NCBI GenBank assembly: GCA_000320545.1
Contig: ADNK01001731.1
Location: forward strand, 39,975-103,974
DNA: 64,000 nucleotides
Source of the DNA: Bigelowiella natans CCMP2755
Taxonomy: Eukaryota > Protista > Cercozoa
Direction of reading: 5' to 3'
Shown here: piece by piece, positions 27,893 through 38,944 of the stretch
Position numbering within the stretch: position 1 is the first letter of the stretch
How the letters are laid out: every line of letters begins with the position of its first letter
Program-made: the position numbers and the translations under genes
The notes under the pieces: generated by a model
Told to the model about the DNA's origin: nothing
What the model saw: the letters and a program-made list of their open reading frames with translations, nothing else
Database searches by the model: none

Positions 27893-29802
27893 GCGTGTGC
27901 GTGTGCGTGTGTGTCTGACTGAAATGAATTCCGAACCAGGGCTTCTCAAGAACAATCTGAACTTGACATCGCAAGGGGGTGCTCAGATCCTGACTGCCCA
28001 GAAGAAGCAGACAACGTGGTGCACAATCCTTCTTGGCATTGTCTTTTCCCAATGAATGGATGCACGACAGACCAGTGTCTGGATGCATTCACGAAGCTAG
28101 CAATGCAGAACGCCATTTGGCATGCTTGCAGGGAACGCTGCCATCGTGGGAAAAGAAATGCGAAAAATGCAAAAGTGTGACGTGTGGCAAAAACGTCTTC
28201 AGCGTCCATCGAAAACGTTTGACATTTGCACGTGCGCAATCGGGTGGGCCTTGATTGTTTGCCAATGAATGATGAAAATGTGGTCCAATTGACGAATTGG
28301 CCAATGCATTTCAGCACAGTGCAACGTGTTTGCAACGTGCCGCACACGGCCATGTGTGCATTTGTTCACGCCCTGCAAGCATGTGTGCGCACGTTGCACA
28401 CGTCCATGGAAAACATGATTCGCAGAATCAATCGGGAAACACCTTTTGCTGCGCAAATTGTTGTCTCAATTGGCACAGACACAAAAGAAGCATGGTCACT
28501 GCCATGTGTGTGTTGTTTCGCTGACCACGTCCAAAGCAAAGCCAAATAGTGCATCCGACTCAAGATTGCTAGAAGGTGTGCATGCCACAATGGAGCCTTC
28601 AATTGATGTGTTCTGGAAGAACGTGTGTGTTCCAGTGTTCAAAAATGGACACACGCCGTGAATGTGACAAATGGACATTCGCATGTGCAACATGCATGAC
28701 GTGCAGGACGGATGCAATGAAATGATTCATTTTTTTCAATGGACATCCTTTTGCAAACGTGCAAAGCAGCGGCGGCCACAGCGCTCAAATTGCAAGTCTG
28801 TCAGTTTCATCTGCTGTTTGGTTCATGCTGTCAAAAGAATTGTTCATTTCCATGCCTAGATGTGTCGATTTCGCGCGCTGCGCGCAATGGTTCTTGTCTT
28901 CTTTTTGGCATCTGAGAGGCGTCTTGTTTCGTCGTTGCGGTTCACGACGTGTGCAACGCATGCACTGTCTCTGTCATTTCATGGGCACACATGATTCACA
29001 CCACATGCGTCCACACAAACATCGGAGATGACCTTTGCATTTGCACAAGAGTGGTGTGTTTTGTGCGATGCATGCCACTAGACTAGCATGCCACATCATT
29101 GAATTTTGCTCGCACTGACATTTTGTGAATTTGTGAAATTTGCAATGTCTAGATGTCCCCTCACAAACACATCATTCCTCGCTCTATCAATTGTCATCAA
29201 AGAAATGCAACAAGTAAAAACAACTTTCTCTGTTGAGAATCTGCGTTCGGTGAGCGATTTTGCTCAAATGACAAAATCTGTCATTGGAGCCAGATCTCAC
29301 AAGACGGATGTGATCAAATTGAATTATTTGTTCAAAATAGTCATCCTAATGTAGCTGTACAATGCAGCGGCTACAGCGCTACGTTTAATCTGTTAACCTC
29401 TCTAGCTCTGCTGTCATGTGTTTCATGCAATTGAATGCATCTCATGCATTTGACAGTACAAATTAGGATGTCTAGATGTCTAGATGTGCCAGTAGGCATC
29501 AATAGCATCTGATTTCCATCAATGTAAATTTTTTGAGAATAAACACTTTATATTTGATTGCTTCACACAGCAACTTGTGTGTAATAATCGCCATGCAATG
29601 TGAATAGCCAACACATTAGTCACGCTGTAATCGCTGCATTGCATAGCCACACAGTCACATAAGATGACAATTGAACAAACTTGATTTAATCACATCCGTC
29701 TTACACCATTGGCTTCTAGAATATAGCCATTAAATGCTCTATTCGTGTACCCTGTCTAGCTGTACAGGATATGTGTTCTTTAGGACAACGTCTAGATTGT
29801 AT

Positions 29803-30807
29803 TCATGGAAGTATCAAAGATGCAGGGTCGCGCCAGAACATGGAAATGCAGCCATGGCAGCAAAAATATACAGCTTGGCCATTCTTTTGATCCACTCGCG
29901 GGGTTTTCATTGTGATAGTCATATTTTCTCCAGACACAGGGCACTGAATATATGAACCTCGCAAGTCGGGCAAGCCTCGTGCGCCGTCCACGCCGGTTAG
30001 TGGCATGTCCTGGGGAGACAACCAGAAGTCGCGCGGTGATGTACGATAGGCCTTGGCTGCTTCCTCAGAAGAGAAGTATATCTTTTGTCCATTTTTGAAG
30101 CCAACTGCAGGGGTTTTGGAGGAGATGTTGATCGAAGCTCCTGTCACGGGACAAAGGGCCTTGTTTCTCGGGCCAGCAGGAGGACCATCTCTCCAAATAT
30201 CTAACTCAGTATCTGAACTATTTGCATAGAAGTAATCCGTAGGTGTGATATATGCCGCCCCTCCATACGCATCGATGAGCCAAATACTGTCAATATCCAT
30301 CCTCGCCACGAAGAACTCATGGCTGGGGGGGTAGAGCTTGAAAGACGGGTGAACAGAAAAAAGAGCAGCTTTTGCCACCGATTCCTCGCTAGTATTTGCC
30401 TTTACCTTTGACATAACTCCAGAAAGGACAAGTCTGGCACACGGTGGGTTTTCGGGGTCACCCAATGGAGGTGATGCGATATCGCAAGCCTTGATTGCAG
30501 AACCTAGGGAGGCTTCGGAAAGTGCTAAACTAGCTCGTTTGCCACTACCGCTGCTCAGATTGAGATCTATCATTGAAGCATCCATATCCGAAGCGTAAAA
30601 GTAGGGGACGCCCTTGACATCCGCAAAGCTGTACGGGTTACCGAAGGAGTCTCCAACCCTGGTACCTTCAGATCGGGTCGATATAGTTCCTAAGACACCC
30701 CAGACGATGTTGTGGGCCATCCATCGAGCTGTGGCGGGTTTATCTGTCGGATCAGGGGTAGGGCTGACAGCGAATGCCGCAACCGGCAACAGGAGGGAAA
30801 TCAACAT
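29803..30807 (-). CDS. Secreted CREG-like (FMN-binding split barrel) protein with two C-terminal YHS/TRASH-like domains, intronless
   Basis: Signal peptide MLISLLLPVAAFA; ARWMAH..WGVLGTIST..FGNPYSFAD..DPENPPCARL..HP; CPVTG...GQKIYFSS and CPVSG...GQAVYFCCHGC. Confidence 0.8.
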   Translation of the reverse strand: MLISLLLPVAAFAVSPTPDPTDKPATARWMAHNIVWGVLGTISTRSEGTRVGDSFGNPYSFADVKGVPYFYASDMDASMIDLNLSSGSGKRASLALSEASLGSAIKACDIASPPLGDPENPPCARLVLSGVMSKVKANTSEESVAKAALFSVHPSFKLYPPSHEFFVARMDIDSIWLIDAYGGAAYITPTDYFYANSSDTELDIWRDGPPAGPRNKALCPVTGASINISSKTPAVGFKNGQKIYFSSEEAAKAYRTSPRDFWLSPQDMPLTGVDGARGLPDLRGSYIQCPVSGENMTITMKTPRVDQKNGQAVYFCCHGCISMFWRDPASLILP

Positions 30808-31230
30808 GGCAGATATTTCGATGAGTTGTGAGGGGGTGGTCAGAAAATCTTGAATGCATCGCCCCCCTCCATAATAGCCATATACAACAAAATTATCATG
30901 TCGCAGGTAATAAATGCGTTGTAACACAGTCTCACCATCTAATCCAAAAAAGTACACAATAGACCCACCCTTTTAACACAATGGCTGTTATTTCTGAACA
31001 AACTTTCATGCTCATCTGTTCTAATAATGATACTAACGTAACGCGTTTTTAGAAATGAACGGCGCTCAGTGTCGTTACGACAGACGTTCACCATGTACAA
31101 ACTAAAAAACAAGGGAAAATTCCAAGAACGACATGATTGATGTCCTGTCACACTCCTCTGTTGGCAGAAACTGAAAGCGCCCGACCACCCCCTGCTGCGG
31201 ATGTACGAATCTAAGTGGTACTGTATCGAG

Positions 31231-32439
31231 ATGGGTTTAGTGCGCTTCGCACTGCTTTCACTCCTCAGTGGAATTCATGCGTCGAATCAGAGAGACGACG
31301 CATTGCACATCCTCGTCATTTACACGAACGACCAATACGGTCATGCCAAAGCCCTCGCTTCGGCAATTGCTAAGGGTGCCGATGATGCACGCAACACAAA
31401 AACCAAATGTCTTCCCGTTGAAAACGCAAACTATAAGCGAGATGTACACGAGTGGGCCGATGCTGTTGTCCTGGGGTCCGGGGTGTACAATGGAAACGCA
31501 GCCCCAGAGATGCTAGCGTTCATCAATTCCTTCGACTTCATGGACGATCTCTCTTCGAAAGTGGGAGGATCGTTTGCGACGGGGGGGGGAGTAGTTGCAG
31601 GTCTCCAACCTGTTCTGGAGCAGATCAACCGTGGATTGAGCACTTTTAACTTCGTAGTCGCCGGAGGTTCTAGTTGGCAAAACGGTGAAGGCACAGGTGT
31701 GCTCACAAATGGCTCGCAACCAATCAGTGCTGATGACATACGTCTCGCAGAGGATGAAGGATTGCGAATAGCTGAATTAGCTCAAATCGTTCGCAAGAAA
31801 AACACCAGATCCCCGACCAGATCCCCGACCACTTGGAGTGGCACCCCTCCGACATGGGGCTCAACGTGGGCCGGCATGATATCCGCGAACCTCACCCAGC
31901 TTGGCTATGACGCGGGGCTTGTGATCGTCAACTTCACCAGCATCTGCAATGATAATCCTAAGACTCAAAAGATGAGAACAGTGTATGGTGACAAGTACAC
32001 TGTACTCACAAGATGCGATCTGGGACTTGAGTTCTTGATTGCCCCAGCCAGCAGAGGGGGAGAGTGTTCGGTTCGTCGAATTGGGATCGAAGTTGATGAG
32101 AGGATATGCGGGGCTTGTGGGTGTCCGTTCTGCGTTCGGGACACCAACGGGACGTTTTTCCATTGGGGCGGGTCTGGTGGGATCACGGAATGGACGAAAG
32201 ACACTAGCGCTGATTTAGTTGTGTACAGAGGCACAACGAAATCCTCTTCGACAGCGGATCCATTTGGATTGGAAATTTCAATCGGCTATGAGGTGAACGA
32301 GTCCCCAGTGTTCGTAAACGTGTCACACCCCATGTGGGTGCAGACCTCCGCAAAGATCAATGGATTTTCACACATGATCGACGAATCTCAGCTTGAGGTG
32401 CCTTCGCAATGCTTTCAGTGGCATCATCAAAACCATTGA
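31231..32439 (+). CDS. Secreted WrbA/flavodoxin-like protein with a C-terminal Cys-containing domain, intronless
   Basis: Signal peptide; ILVIY..YGHAKALASAIAKG, WADAVVLGSGVYNG, KVGGSFATGG, GLRIAEL; TRSPTRSPT linker; tail ends EVPSQC. Confidence 0.8.
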   Translation: MGLVRFALLSLLSGIHASNQRDDALHILVIYTNDQYGHAKALASAIAKGADDARNTKTKCLPVENANYKRDVHEWADAVVLGSGVYNGNAAPEMLAFINSFDFMDDLSSKVGGSFATGGGVVAGLQPVLEQINRGLSTFNFVVAGGSSWQNGEGTGVLTNGSQPISADDIRLAEDEGLRIAELAQIVRKKNTRSPTRSPTTWSGTPPTWGSTWAGMISANLTQLGYDAGLVIVNFTSICNDNPKTQKMRTVYGDKYTVLTRCDLGLEFLIAPASRGGECSVRRIGIEVDERICGACGCPFCVRDTNGTFFHWGGSGGITEWTKDTSADLVVYRGTTKSSSTADPFGLEISIGYEVNESPVFVNVSHPMWVQTSAKINGFSHMIDESQLEVPSQCFQWHHQNH

Positions 32440-33691
32440 AGAGAAACACTCCCAATGAAAGTCTAAGTCTGTGTCCCTGCCATCGTCTTCGAACTTCAAC
32501 CCCATCGTTCACACACAGTGGAATTGGATTTCTCTCGAGGACAGTTTTAGCTGCAGTCAGCACATCGGTCGAATCATTAATTTGAATGAAACATTGAGAA
32601 TCTGCTCCATGCGCAACTGCTTTGTCGCGATGTGAGTTCCAATGACAGAGGAAACCGATGAAATGCATGTCATGTCCATCCCTGAAACGCGAACTTGATG
32701 TTTCAGTCATGCACTTTTTTGTGAGAGGATGCCTCCACGCCTCATCGAAAGATGATTTTGACAACGGTGTGCACTGGTGAGAAGTGAATCTTCTCAGAGA
32801 CCCTTTTCTTTGAGGGAACACGCGATCCAAAGCAATTCCGTTGTTTGACCACGCCATCATGTGCTTGCTCATGCGATCGTTTTTCGGCCCTCTCGGTGTT
32901 GGTCCTTGAAACTTGCATTTTGTTTTGCCCTCTTGCGTGAACAAATGAGTGCACGGTGTAGCTTCTGTTGTGAACATGTCGTCATTGAAATGAACGAAAT
33001 GCTCGGAAAGGCCTGGCATTTTGTGAACATGGGACTCCATTGAATGAGAGTTAAACGTCGGCAAATGTTCACTAAAATCATCGCAGATGAAACTGTGTGG
33101 TGCCACAACGACCGGGGTTTCAGCATCAGCGCTGTTTTCTGAAAGCCAACTAGGGAACTGCCCGTCAGAGCACACAATGAAAATTTTCCTAACCCAGCTC
33201 ACATTTTGGTGGATGGAGCGCAGAGCGCAACGTGGTTCATCGTTACTCGCATGCCTGTTCACGCGGTCATCAGAAGGAAACCTTGAACGTTCTCCACATT
33301 GCATCTTTGAATGATTTTCTCTGTCCTCTCTGTGCTCAAGTGCATCATCTACCCACGTGAACACGACGTCAATTGGGAACGGAGGGTTGGGAAAACCTCT
33401 AGCCATGCTCATGTTCCCAGAACCCCTGTGATTCTTGAACAAGGATTTCATCCGGATTGCAGCCTGGTTTTCCAAATGCTCAAGTCGTTTCTCGCTCATT
33501 CGCGCACGTTCAACGCTTTCTCCAGACTTCAAAACGGAAGGTTCACCGTTGAGAAAGAACGATGCATGGTTTGACCATACACTATATATATTATATATAT
33601 TGTGTATTGCATGTCTATCATGACCGCAGGAGATCGCTACACAACGGGGCAAGAAGATTTTCACCAAGGTCTTCCGCGCATTTTCGTTCAT
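32357..33691 (-). pseudogene. Stealth-family hexose-1-phosphate phosphotransferase, hypermutated
   Basis: CR1 FPIDVVFTWVD; CR2 EPRCALRS...LPTFNSHSMESHVHKMPGLSEHFVHFNDDMF; CR3 SSRFR; CR4 LCVND. Confidence 0.88.
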
Positions 33692-33811
33692 CTCCAGTCT
33701 GGGAATTTCGAAATTTTTTCTTTTGGAGTTGACATCGTTCTCTTTGGTCGAACATTAGGTTTAGCTTTTTGCAATGAGCCACAAGTTTCACTTTTGTTTC
33801 GCGAAGAGCTC

Positions 33812-34768
33812 CTATACTCCATGTAGGAGTTTTGATTTGCACATGCGACTAAGGTCTGCATGTGCAAGACGATGATGATGATGAAGATGTACAAGTGTAG
33901 CTAAAAGTCCCTGAAGTTGCATTCCTTCAACCGCTTTGTCATCAAGATCATCCGAGTTAGTTGGAAACATGCAAGGAAAGGGTGAGGGTACTTGAACCAT
34001 TCTGTCGGCCCAGTCATTCCCCAGAACGCTACGAAACATGTCATCTTGGCTGCGAAACACGCAATTTGCTAAACGGCGAAAATGGACAGAGACGCTTCCT
34101 AGCACTTGGTTTTGTGATGATCTCTTTGTGAAATTTTGCATCCAAAAGCCTACTGTCTCGCTCGGAGGAAATGCATGAAAAGGAAAATTCATCATCAAAG
34201 CTCCGTCACAAAAAAGGTCTTGACCTATTTGTGCAGGTGGAAACAACAGAGGCATCGCCATCGACGCTGAAACAGCTGGTGAGACGCGAGCACCTGGTGC
34301 ACGCTTAGCGCTAAATTCGGCGTGTTCGACTCGGCTCAAGTTGGTAACTACAACAACAAACTCCATCTTGCTAGCTTCAAAGAGAGTTTTGAAGGTCATT
34401 GCATCTGGGTCTCCGCATTTAGATGCAAAACATCTACCAACTACATCCAGAGGGTTGAACCCAGGTCGAAGACCCAAAGTCCTATCAAACGACGATGGAG
34501 ATGTAGTGAAATCTCTCGTTATTTCTTCTTTGTGCTGTTTGAACATCGATAGAATTTGTTGTCCTGTGAACCCGCAAGAGACCCCCAGGGCCATCAATGC
34601 GCCCACAGATGTACCAGCGAAGCCCTGAAAGTGTTTTGAGAGAGAATCTACTCCTAATGGAAGTTCAACTGCTTGCAGGCACCCTGTTTCACACAACCCG
34701 TTCACACCACCTCCTGAAAAAACTAAGTACTTGCTATCTCGAAGGAAATCCATTTGTTTGCAAGACAA
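33812..34768 (-). CDS. Patatin-like phospholipase, NCLDV-type, partly hypermutated
   Basis: LVFSGGGVNG, GTSVG nucleophile, ASMAMPLLF, CDGALMMNFP; intronless. Confidence 0.9.
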   Translation of the reverse strand: MSCKQMDFLRDSKYLVFSGGGVNGLCETGCLQAVELPLGVDSLSKHFQGFAGTSVGALMALGVSCGFTGQQILSMFKQHKEEITRDFTTSPSSFDRTLGLRPGFNPLDVVGRCFASKCGDPDAMTFKTLFEASKMEFVVVVTNLSRVEHAEFSAKRAPGARVSPAVSASMAMPLLFPPAQIGQDLFCDGALMMNFPFHAFPPSETVGFWMQNFTKRSSQNQVLGSVSVHFRRLANCVFRSQDDMFRSVLGNDWADRMVQVPSPFPCMFPTNSDDLDDKAVEGMQLQGLLATLVHLHHHHRLAHADLSRMCKSKLLHGV

Positions 34769-34771
34769 CTT

Positions 34772-35602
34772 TCAATCATGATTCTCGTCATGAGCCAATT
34801 TCAGTCTAGAAACGACGAGGTGCAAAACTGGAAGAAAGCTTTTTCGGAAATGTGAGTGCTCAAAGTGACCTCTGTTTAGAAGTACTTCTTCCAGTCTGTC
34901 CAAACTCCACCATCGTGATGCACATTTCTCTGTGCAATGCTCATCCATCCCCACAACTAAATGATTGGAATTCCTCACTAGACCAGGATGACGCCGTGTA
35001 GTGAATGGCATTGAATTTGGGTCACGTCCTTTCTGCAGGTCTAGAAAAATTGTCCTTGTACGACTAAACGCCTTTGGAACTTCTGGTTGCCAGGGCACTT
35101 GCTTGAGGAAACAAACCTTAGTTCCATCTTGAACTTCATCAGAGGTCATCAACATGGTGCATTTTGCAAGATGCAATTTCGACTCCAGTAGAGATTGGAC
35201 TTCATTCGCGTAGTTTTTACACAAGGTGTTTCCTGACATCTCAAACAATTGCACAACACACACACTTTCCTCAGAGAATTCACGAGCAGCTGCCATTTCT
35301 TCACTCTCCCCCTGTTCAATTCTGCCCCCGAAGTCACACCATGGGCCAAGTCTTGATTCCGGTTTGTTTCTTAAGCTTTCTTGCCCCAATGATATGTAGA
35401 CATTTTTAGTCTTAGGGTCTACGCTGAAGCACATCATACCAGCTGCATTTTGAGTTTGAAATGATGTTCTACTTGAAGGCGTTTTCTGGAGATGAACCCC
35501 TTTCAATTTGAAAGCACATGCCTCATTTTCCATTCTGGCAACTAGTGCAGTTTCCGTTAAGCGAAGGCCTGTGAGCATGTATGTAATGTTTCGTTTCTTC
35601 AT
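34772..35602 (-). CDS. Nudix hydrolase, NCLDV-like, partly hypermutated
   Basis: Nudix box WCDFGGRIEQGESEEMAAAREFSEES, upstream AGMMCFSVDP..VYISLGQE; only 3 bp from patatin. Confidence 0.85.
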   Translation of the reverse strand: MKKRNITYMLTGLRLTETALVARMENEACAFKLKGVHLQKTPSSRTSFQTQNAAGMMCFSVDPKTKNVYISLGQESLRNKPESRLGPWCDFGGRIEQGESEEMAAAREFSEESVCVVQLFEMSGNTLCKNYANEVQSLLESKLHLAKCTMLMTSDEVQDGTKVCFLKQVPWQPEVPKAFSRTRTIFLDLQKGRDPNSMPFTTRRHPGLVRNSNHLVVGMDEHCTEKCASRWWSLDRLEEVLLNRGHFEHSHFRKSFLPVLHLVVSRLKLAHDENHD

Positions 35603-35688
35603 CGACTTAAACCATCATCTATTTGTGATTAAGATGACTTTGAAATGGTAGCCACATAGCAAAAGACATCAAACCCCTGGTTGTTGCA

Positions 35689-36087
35689 ATGCGATCATCT
35701 TCTTTTGCAAACGCGAGCAGATTTCGACGCAGGCGTACTGAAGCTGTGATGCATCCAAGTTCATTAACTTTACTCAACCCACGGCTGGAAAAAAAAAACA
35801 ACAAACAGCATGGAAAATTGTTGAACGAAACAGCTTTTCAGAAATTGGAAAAGAAGATTAACGAACTGAGCAAAAATCTAGCAGCTGTTGATAAAGCTTT
35901 ACAACAGAACTTGTTACAAGTGAACAGCGTGGGAGCGCCCCGCTCAAAGAAGGGGACGGCCTCAAAGAATTCACAATGGAATCAGAACGTGTTTTGTTTA
36001 TCGGACCTCCTGTACAAGAAGATGACAAAGATGGCTCCTCTAGCTGGCGTAGACGAGCAAGGCGTCTGTGTCAAAACGGAACAATGA
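35689..36087 (+). CDS. Hypothetical virus-like protein with a short coiled coil
   Basis: Intronless 132-aa ORF inside the compact cluster. Confidence 0.4.
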   Translation: MRSSSFANASRFRRRRTEAVMHPSSLTLLNPRLEKKNNKQHGKLLNETAFQKLEKKINELSKNLAAVDKALQQNLLQVNSVGAPRSKKGTASKNSQWNQNVFCLSDLLYKKMTKMAPLAGVDEQGVCVKTEQ

Positions 36088-36233
36088 ATGACTTTTATAT
36101 TCAATATGGGGATTCCTCCAAGCTAAATTTTGACTGTTTAGGACTAGTTTAAAAAAAAAAAGATGGGTTTTGAAGATGTTTTTTTTTCCTCATAAGGTTT
36201 CGAACGCTCGTCTCTCTGCACGGCAAAAGATAC

Positions 36234-37977
36234 ATGATGATCTCTTCCACCTCCACCTCACGAAAGAATAGATCTTTGACCTCAAAAGAGAAGAAATCCG
36301 TAGAAAAAGTGGATGAGTGGAAATATTCAGTGCCTGGGGTCACTGACTCTAATTCATTAATGAACCCGGACGAGGTTCTGGAATTGTTTGCGGATGTTAA
36401 TTATGACGGATACAATACCAATTGTGAAAATGACATGAAAGTGTTAGACGCGTTCCTCTGGATGGCAGATATACTGCCTGATCTTCGCTTGGAATCTAAG
36501 TATCTTAATAATTCTGGCACCGAGTTCAAGCCAGATGCTAACGAGTACTTGGTGGCCGTAAATAAACTAGCAAATATTTTCAAAGAAGAACTCCTGTTAG
36601 AAATGGTGATTTAGAGGTGATACCCCAGATCGTCACAAATCACGAAGCTAATAACCCAGGTACAGAAATCAAGCTTGCAATGGGGAAGGGAGAACGCAAC
36701 ACCGGTGCAGCTCTTAACAGTGTGGTAGGCGCAACTAATTGCCTTGTCAACCAAGAAATGGGTTTGAGCAATGAACAACAGCTAAATTCCAACAGAAAAA
36801 GGGAAGTTATAAATCTAAGTGATGCACCACAGCTAAACTGTCACAAAAACAAGACATTGATTAACTCCACTGATGATCAGCTAAATTGTTACAACAAAGA
36901 GTATTTGGTAGCAATGCAAAAGAGATTCGAGCTTCTGGAAAACGAGTACAAACACAAACGCGAGTATCAGGAAATTGAATGCAAAGAAAAACTCGAGCTT
37001 CACAAACAAAAACTTGAGCTTCAGAAACACAAACTTGAGCTTCAGAAACACAAACTTGAGCTTCAGAAAATTGATCATGAAAAGAAGATGAAAAAAGAGA
37101 AGATGGAACTTGAGCAATGTGATCAAGACAAGATCATTTCTGATTTAGAAAAAAAGAAAAAGGAATGCGAATTGCAGATCGCAGTGAAGAAATTGAAAGG
37201 GGAATTGACAGGGAAACGCAAACAAAGCACGTTTCCCAACACTCAAAGGAAAAAGAAGAAAAAAAAACCACAAAAGATTCCCGTAGTATCTTTAGATGAA
37301 AAAGATCATACTGGAAGAGAACCTAATGTTGCTACTGTGCAACCCATCAAAAAATGTGCTACGCGTTCGATAGAGGAATTTCTCTCCGATGATTCCTTAG
37401 TGAAGCTTGGCCCTGACCAGGGAGAACAGTCCCCGGGAGCAGAAAGCGAGGTCGAGGAGGTAGACGGCGCCTCTAAGAATCTCGGAACCAGGGATGTGAA
37501 GAGGAAAAAAAGACAAGCATCGATCTACCCCTCGACGGTGAAAACGATGAACCGGTTCTATGTCGACTGACACCAGAAAGGAAAACCGACGAGCAGACAT
37601 TAGATACTTCCCAAGTTCTGGAAAATTCGAGTACTACTCCAATACGTTTAGAGGAATATGAGAACGACGGCTTTGTCGTTCCTGATGACGATGAACCTGA
37701 GGAGGAATTTGGTAACCCAAACGCTGAGATCGACGTCGCAAACATAACTATTGGGAAACGGACTCGTCGCCGTACAGTGCTGTACGAACCCGAGGTTTCC
37801 GAACCCGAAGATGATTTTTCAACAGATGACGGTTCGGAAATTCAAGAGGTTTTGAATAGGGAAGTGGATGATGAAGGAGACGATGATTACGGTGATACTG
37901 ATTACGTTCCCGAAGAAAATGATGGTGATGAAGAAGAGGAAGAGGAAGGAGGAGGAGGAGGAGGAGAGAGTGATTGA
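36234..37977 (+). pseudogene. Coiled-coil plus acidic-tail protein with a CHZ-like motif; three ORF pieces, possibly one gene with two frameshifts
   Basis: Overlapping open frames 36234-36614, 36566-37570 and 37477-37977; the last reads YENDGFVVPDD..EIDVANITIGKRTRR..D/E-rich tail. Confidence 0.55.
36990..37070 (+). repeat. 21-bp coding tandem repeat (KLELQKH heptads, ~4 copies)
   Basis: aaacttgagcttcagaaacac repeated. Confidence 0.85.
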
Positions 37978-38029
37978 AGACTATACCTTTTTCTCGTTTA
38001 AGAACGCCATTTTTTTTTGAGTGTCTTTG

Positions 38030-38485
38030 TTATCCGATAACACTTTGTAGGACCTCCCCTCCCGCTCTTTCTTGGAACCCTCTCAAAGTATCTAATTCGA
38101 GTGAACGGCCATAAGTACGAAAGGCATTTGCAACAACGCTGGATGCACTTATTAAATTGCTAAAGTCTGTTTCATTCAATGATGACCAAAAATCTAGACC
38201 TTTTGCCTGTTTATCCTGGCTCAAAGCATCGAGCCAGGTTAGGTATGGGATTTCTTCTGGTATTTTTTCTTCTTTTTGCTCGATTTCTGATTCTTCTCTT
38301 TTCTCTTCTTCAGTTAACCTTCCAAGCGTAACCTCGAAGGGGTCAGCAGGTTTGGTCGAAGGGTAAACGTCCTCATTTCTAGGGTGGTAGTAACCTATAT
38401 CTGCATGTTTATGATCGTTCGGGTAAAAAGGGTGATTAGCGTGATATGGAGAAAGGGGGGGCTTTTCGTTTCCAGTTGTGGTCAT
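38030..38485 (-). CDS. Hypothetical virus-like protein
   Basis: 151-aa intronless ORF, A-rich context (AAAAAATG) before the start. Confidence 0.55.
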   Translation of the reverse strand: MTTTGNEKPPLSPYHANHPFYPNDHKHADIGYYHPRNEDVYPSTKPADPFEVTLGRLTEEEKREESEIEQKEEKIPEEIPYLTWLDALSQDKQAKGLDFWSSLNETDFSNLISASSVVANAFRTYGRSLELDTLRGFQERAGGEVLQSVIG

Positions 38486-38539
38486 TTTTTGTTTTTTAAT
38501 TTTGGGAAATGAGAAAAAAAATGGATGAATTTTTTGATT

Positions 38540-38854
38540 TTATGAACATGTTAGACAACATGTAAGATCTTTTTCGTCTAGAACACCATCGTTATTAATA
38601 TCGAACGTGGAGAATATAGTTTCGTTTATAGAACGGACTTTCTCGATAATTTCTTTGTAGAGTTTAACGTTTTCTTTGATATAATTCTCGCTTTCGGTCA
38701 GGTTTTCATCTTTAACTGCTTCTAATAGCTTTCCTGACATCAGTTTTAATTTTATAACAAGCTCTTCGTTCTTTTGGATAGCTTTTGTAATCCGTAATTT
38801 TTGATCATCATCGTTTTCCTTTTTTGTAATTGTTTTTGTTTCGTCTGAGGACAT
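38540..38854 (-). CDS. Small coiled-coil protein with an EF-hand-like loop and Cys-rich tail
   Basis: FDINNDGVLDEKDL, then TCCLTCS. Confidence 0.6.
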   Translation of the reverse strand: MSSDETKTITKKENDDDQKLRITKAIQKNEELVIKLKLMSGKLLEAVKDENLTESENYIKENVKLYKEIIEKVRSINETIFSTFDINNDGVLDEKDLTCCLTCS

Positions 38855-38944
38855 TTCGATGTTTATTCTTCCGATTCAGAATTTTTTTTCGAACCTTTTT
38901 TCTGAAAATTTTGCCTATCCCAGGACGAAGAGGATGAATCCAAG

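Larger units (their letters stand above)
25441..29650. other. Strongly TpA-depleted block (fading over 29100-29650) containing virus-like genes and (CT)n/(GT)n runs
   Basis: About 11 TA by eye in 25441-29090, about half in CTAG. Confidence 0.85.

Noticed and set aside
32357-35602. Alternative genetic code or codon bias as the cause of Tyr loss
   Set aside because: TpA is also missing across codon boundaries, in introns and in non-coding DNA
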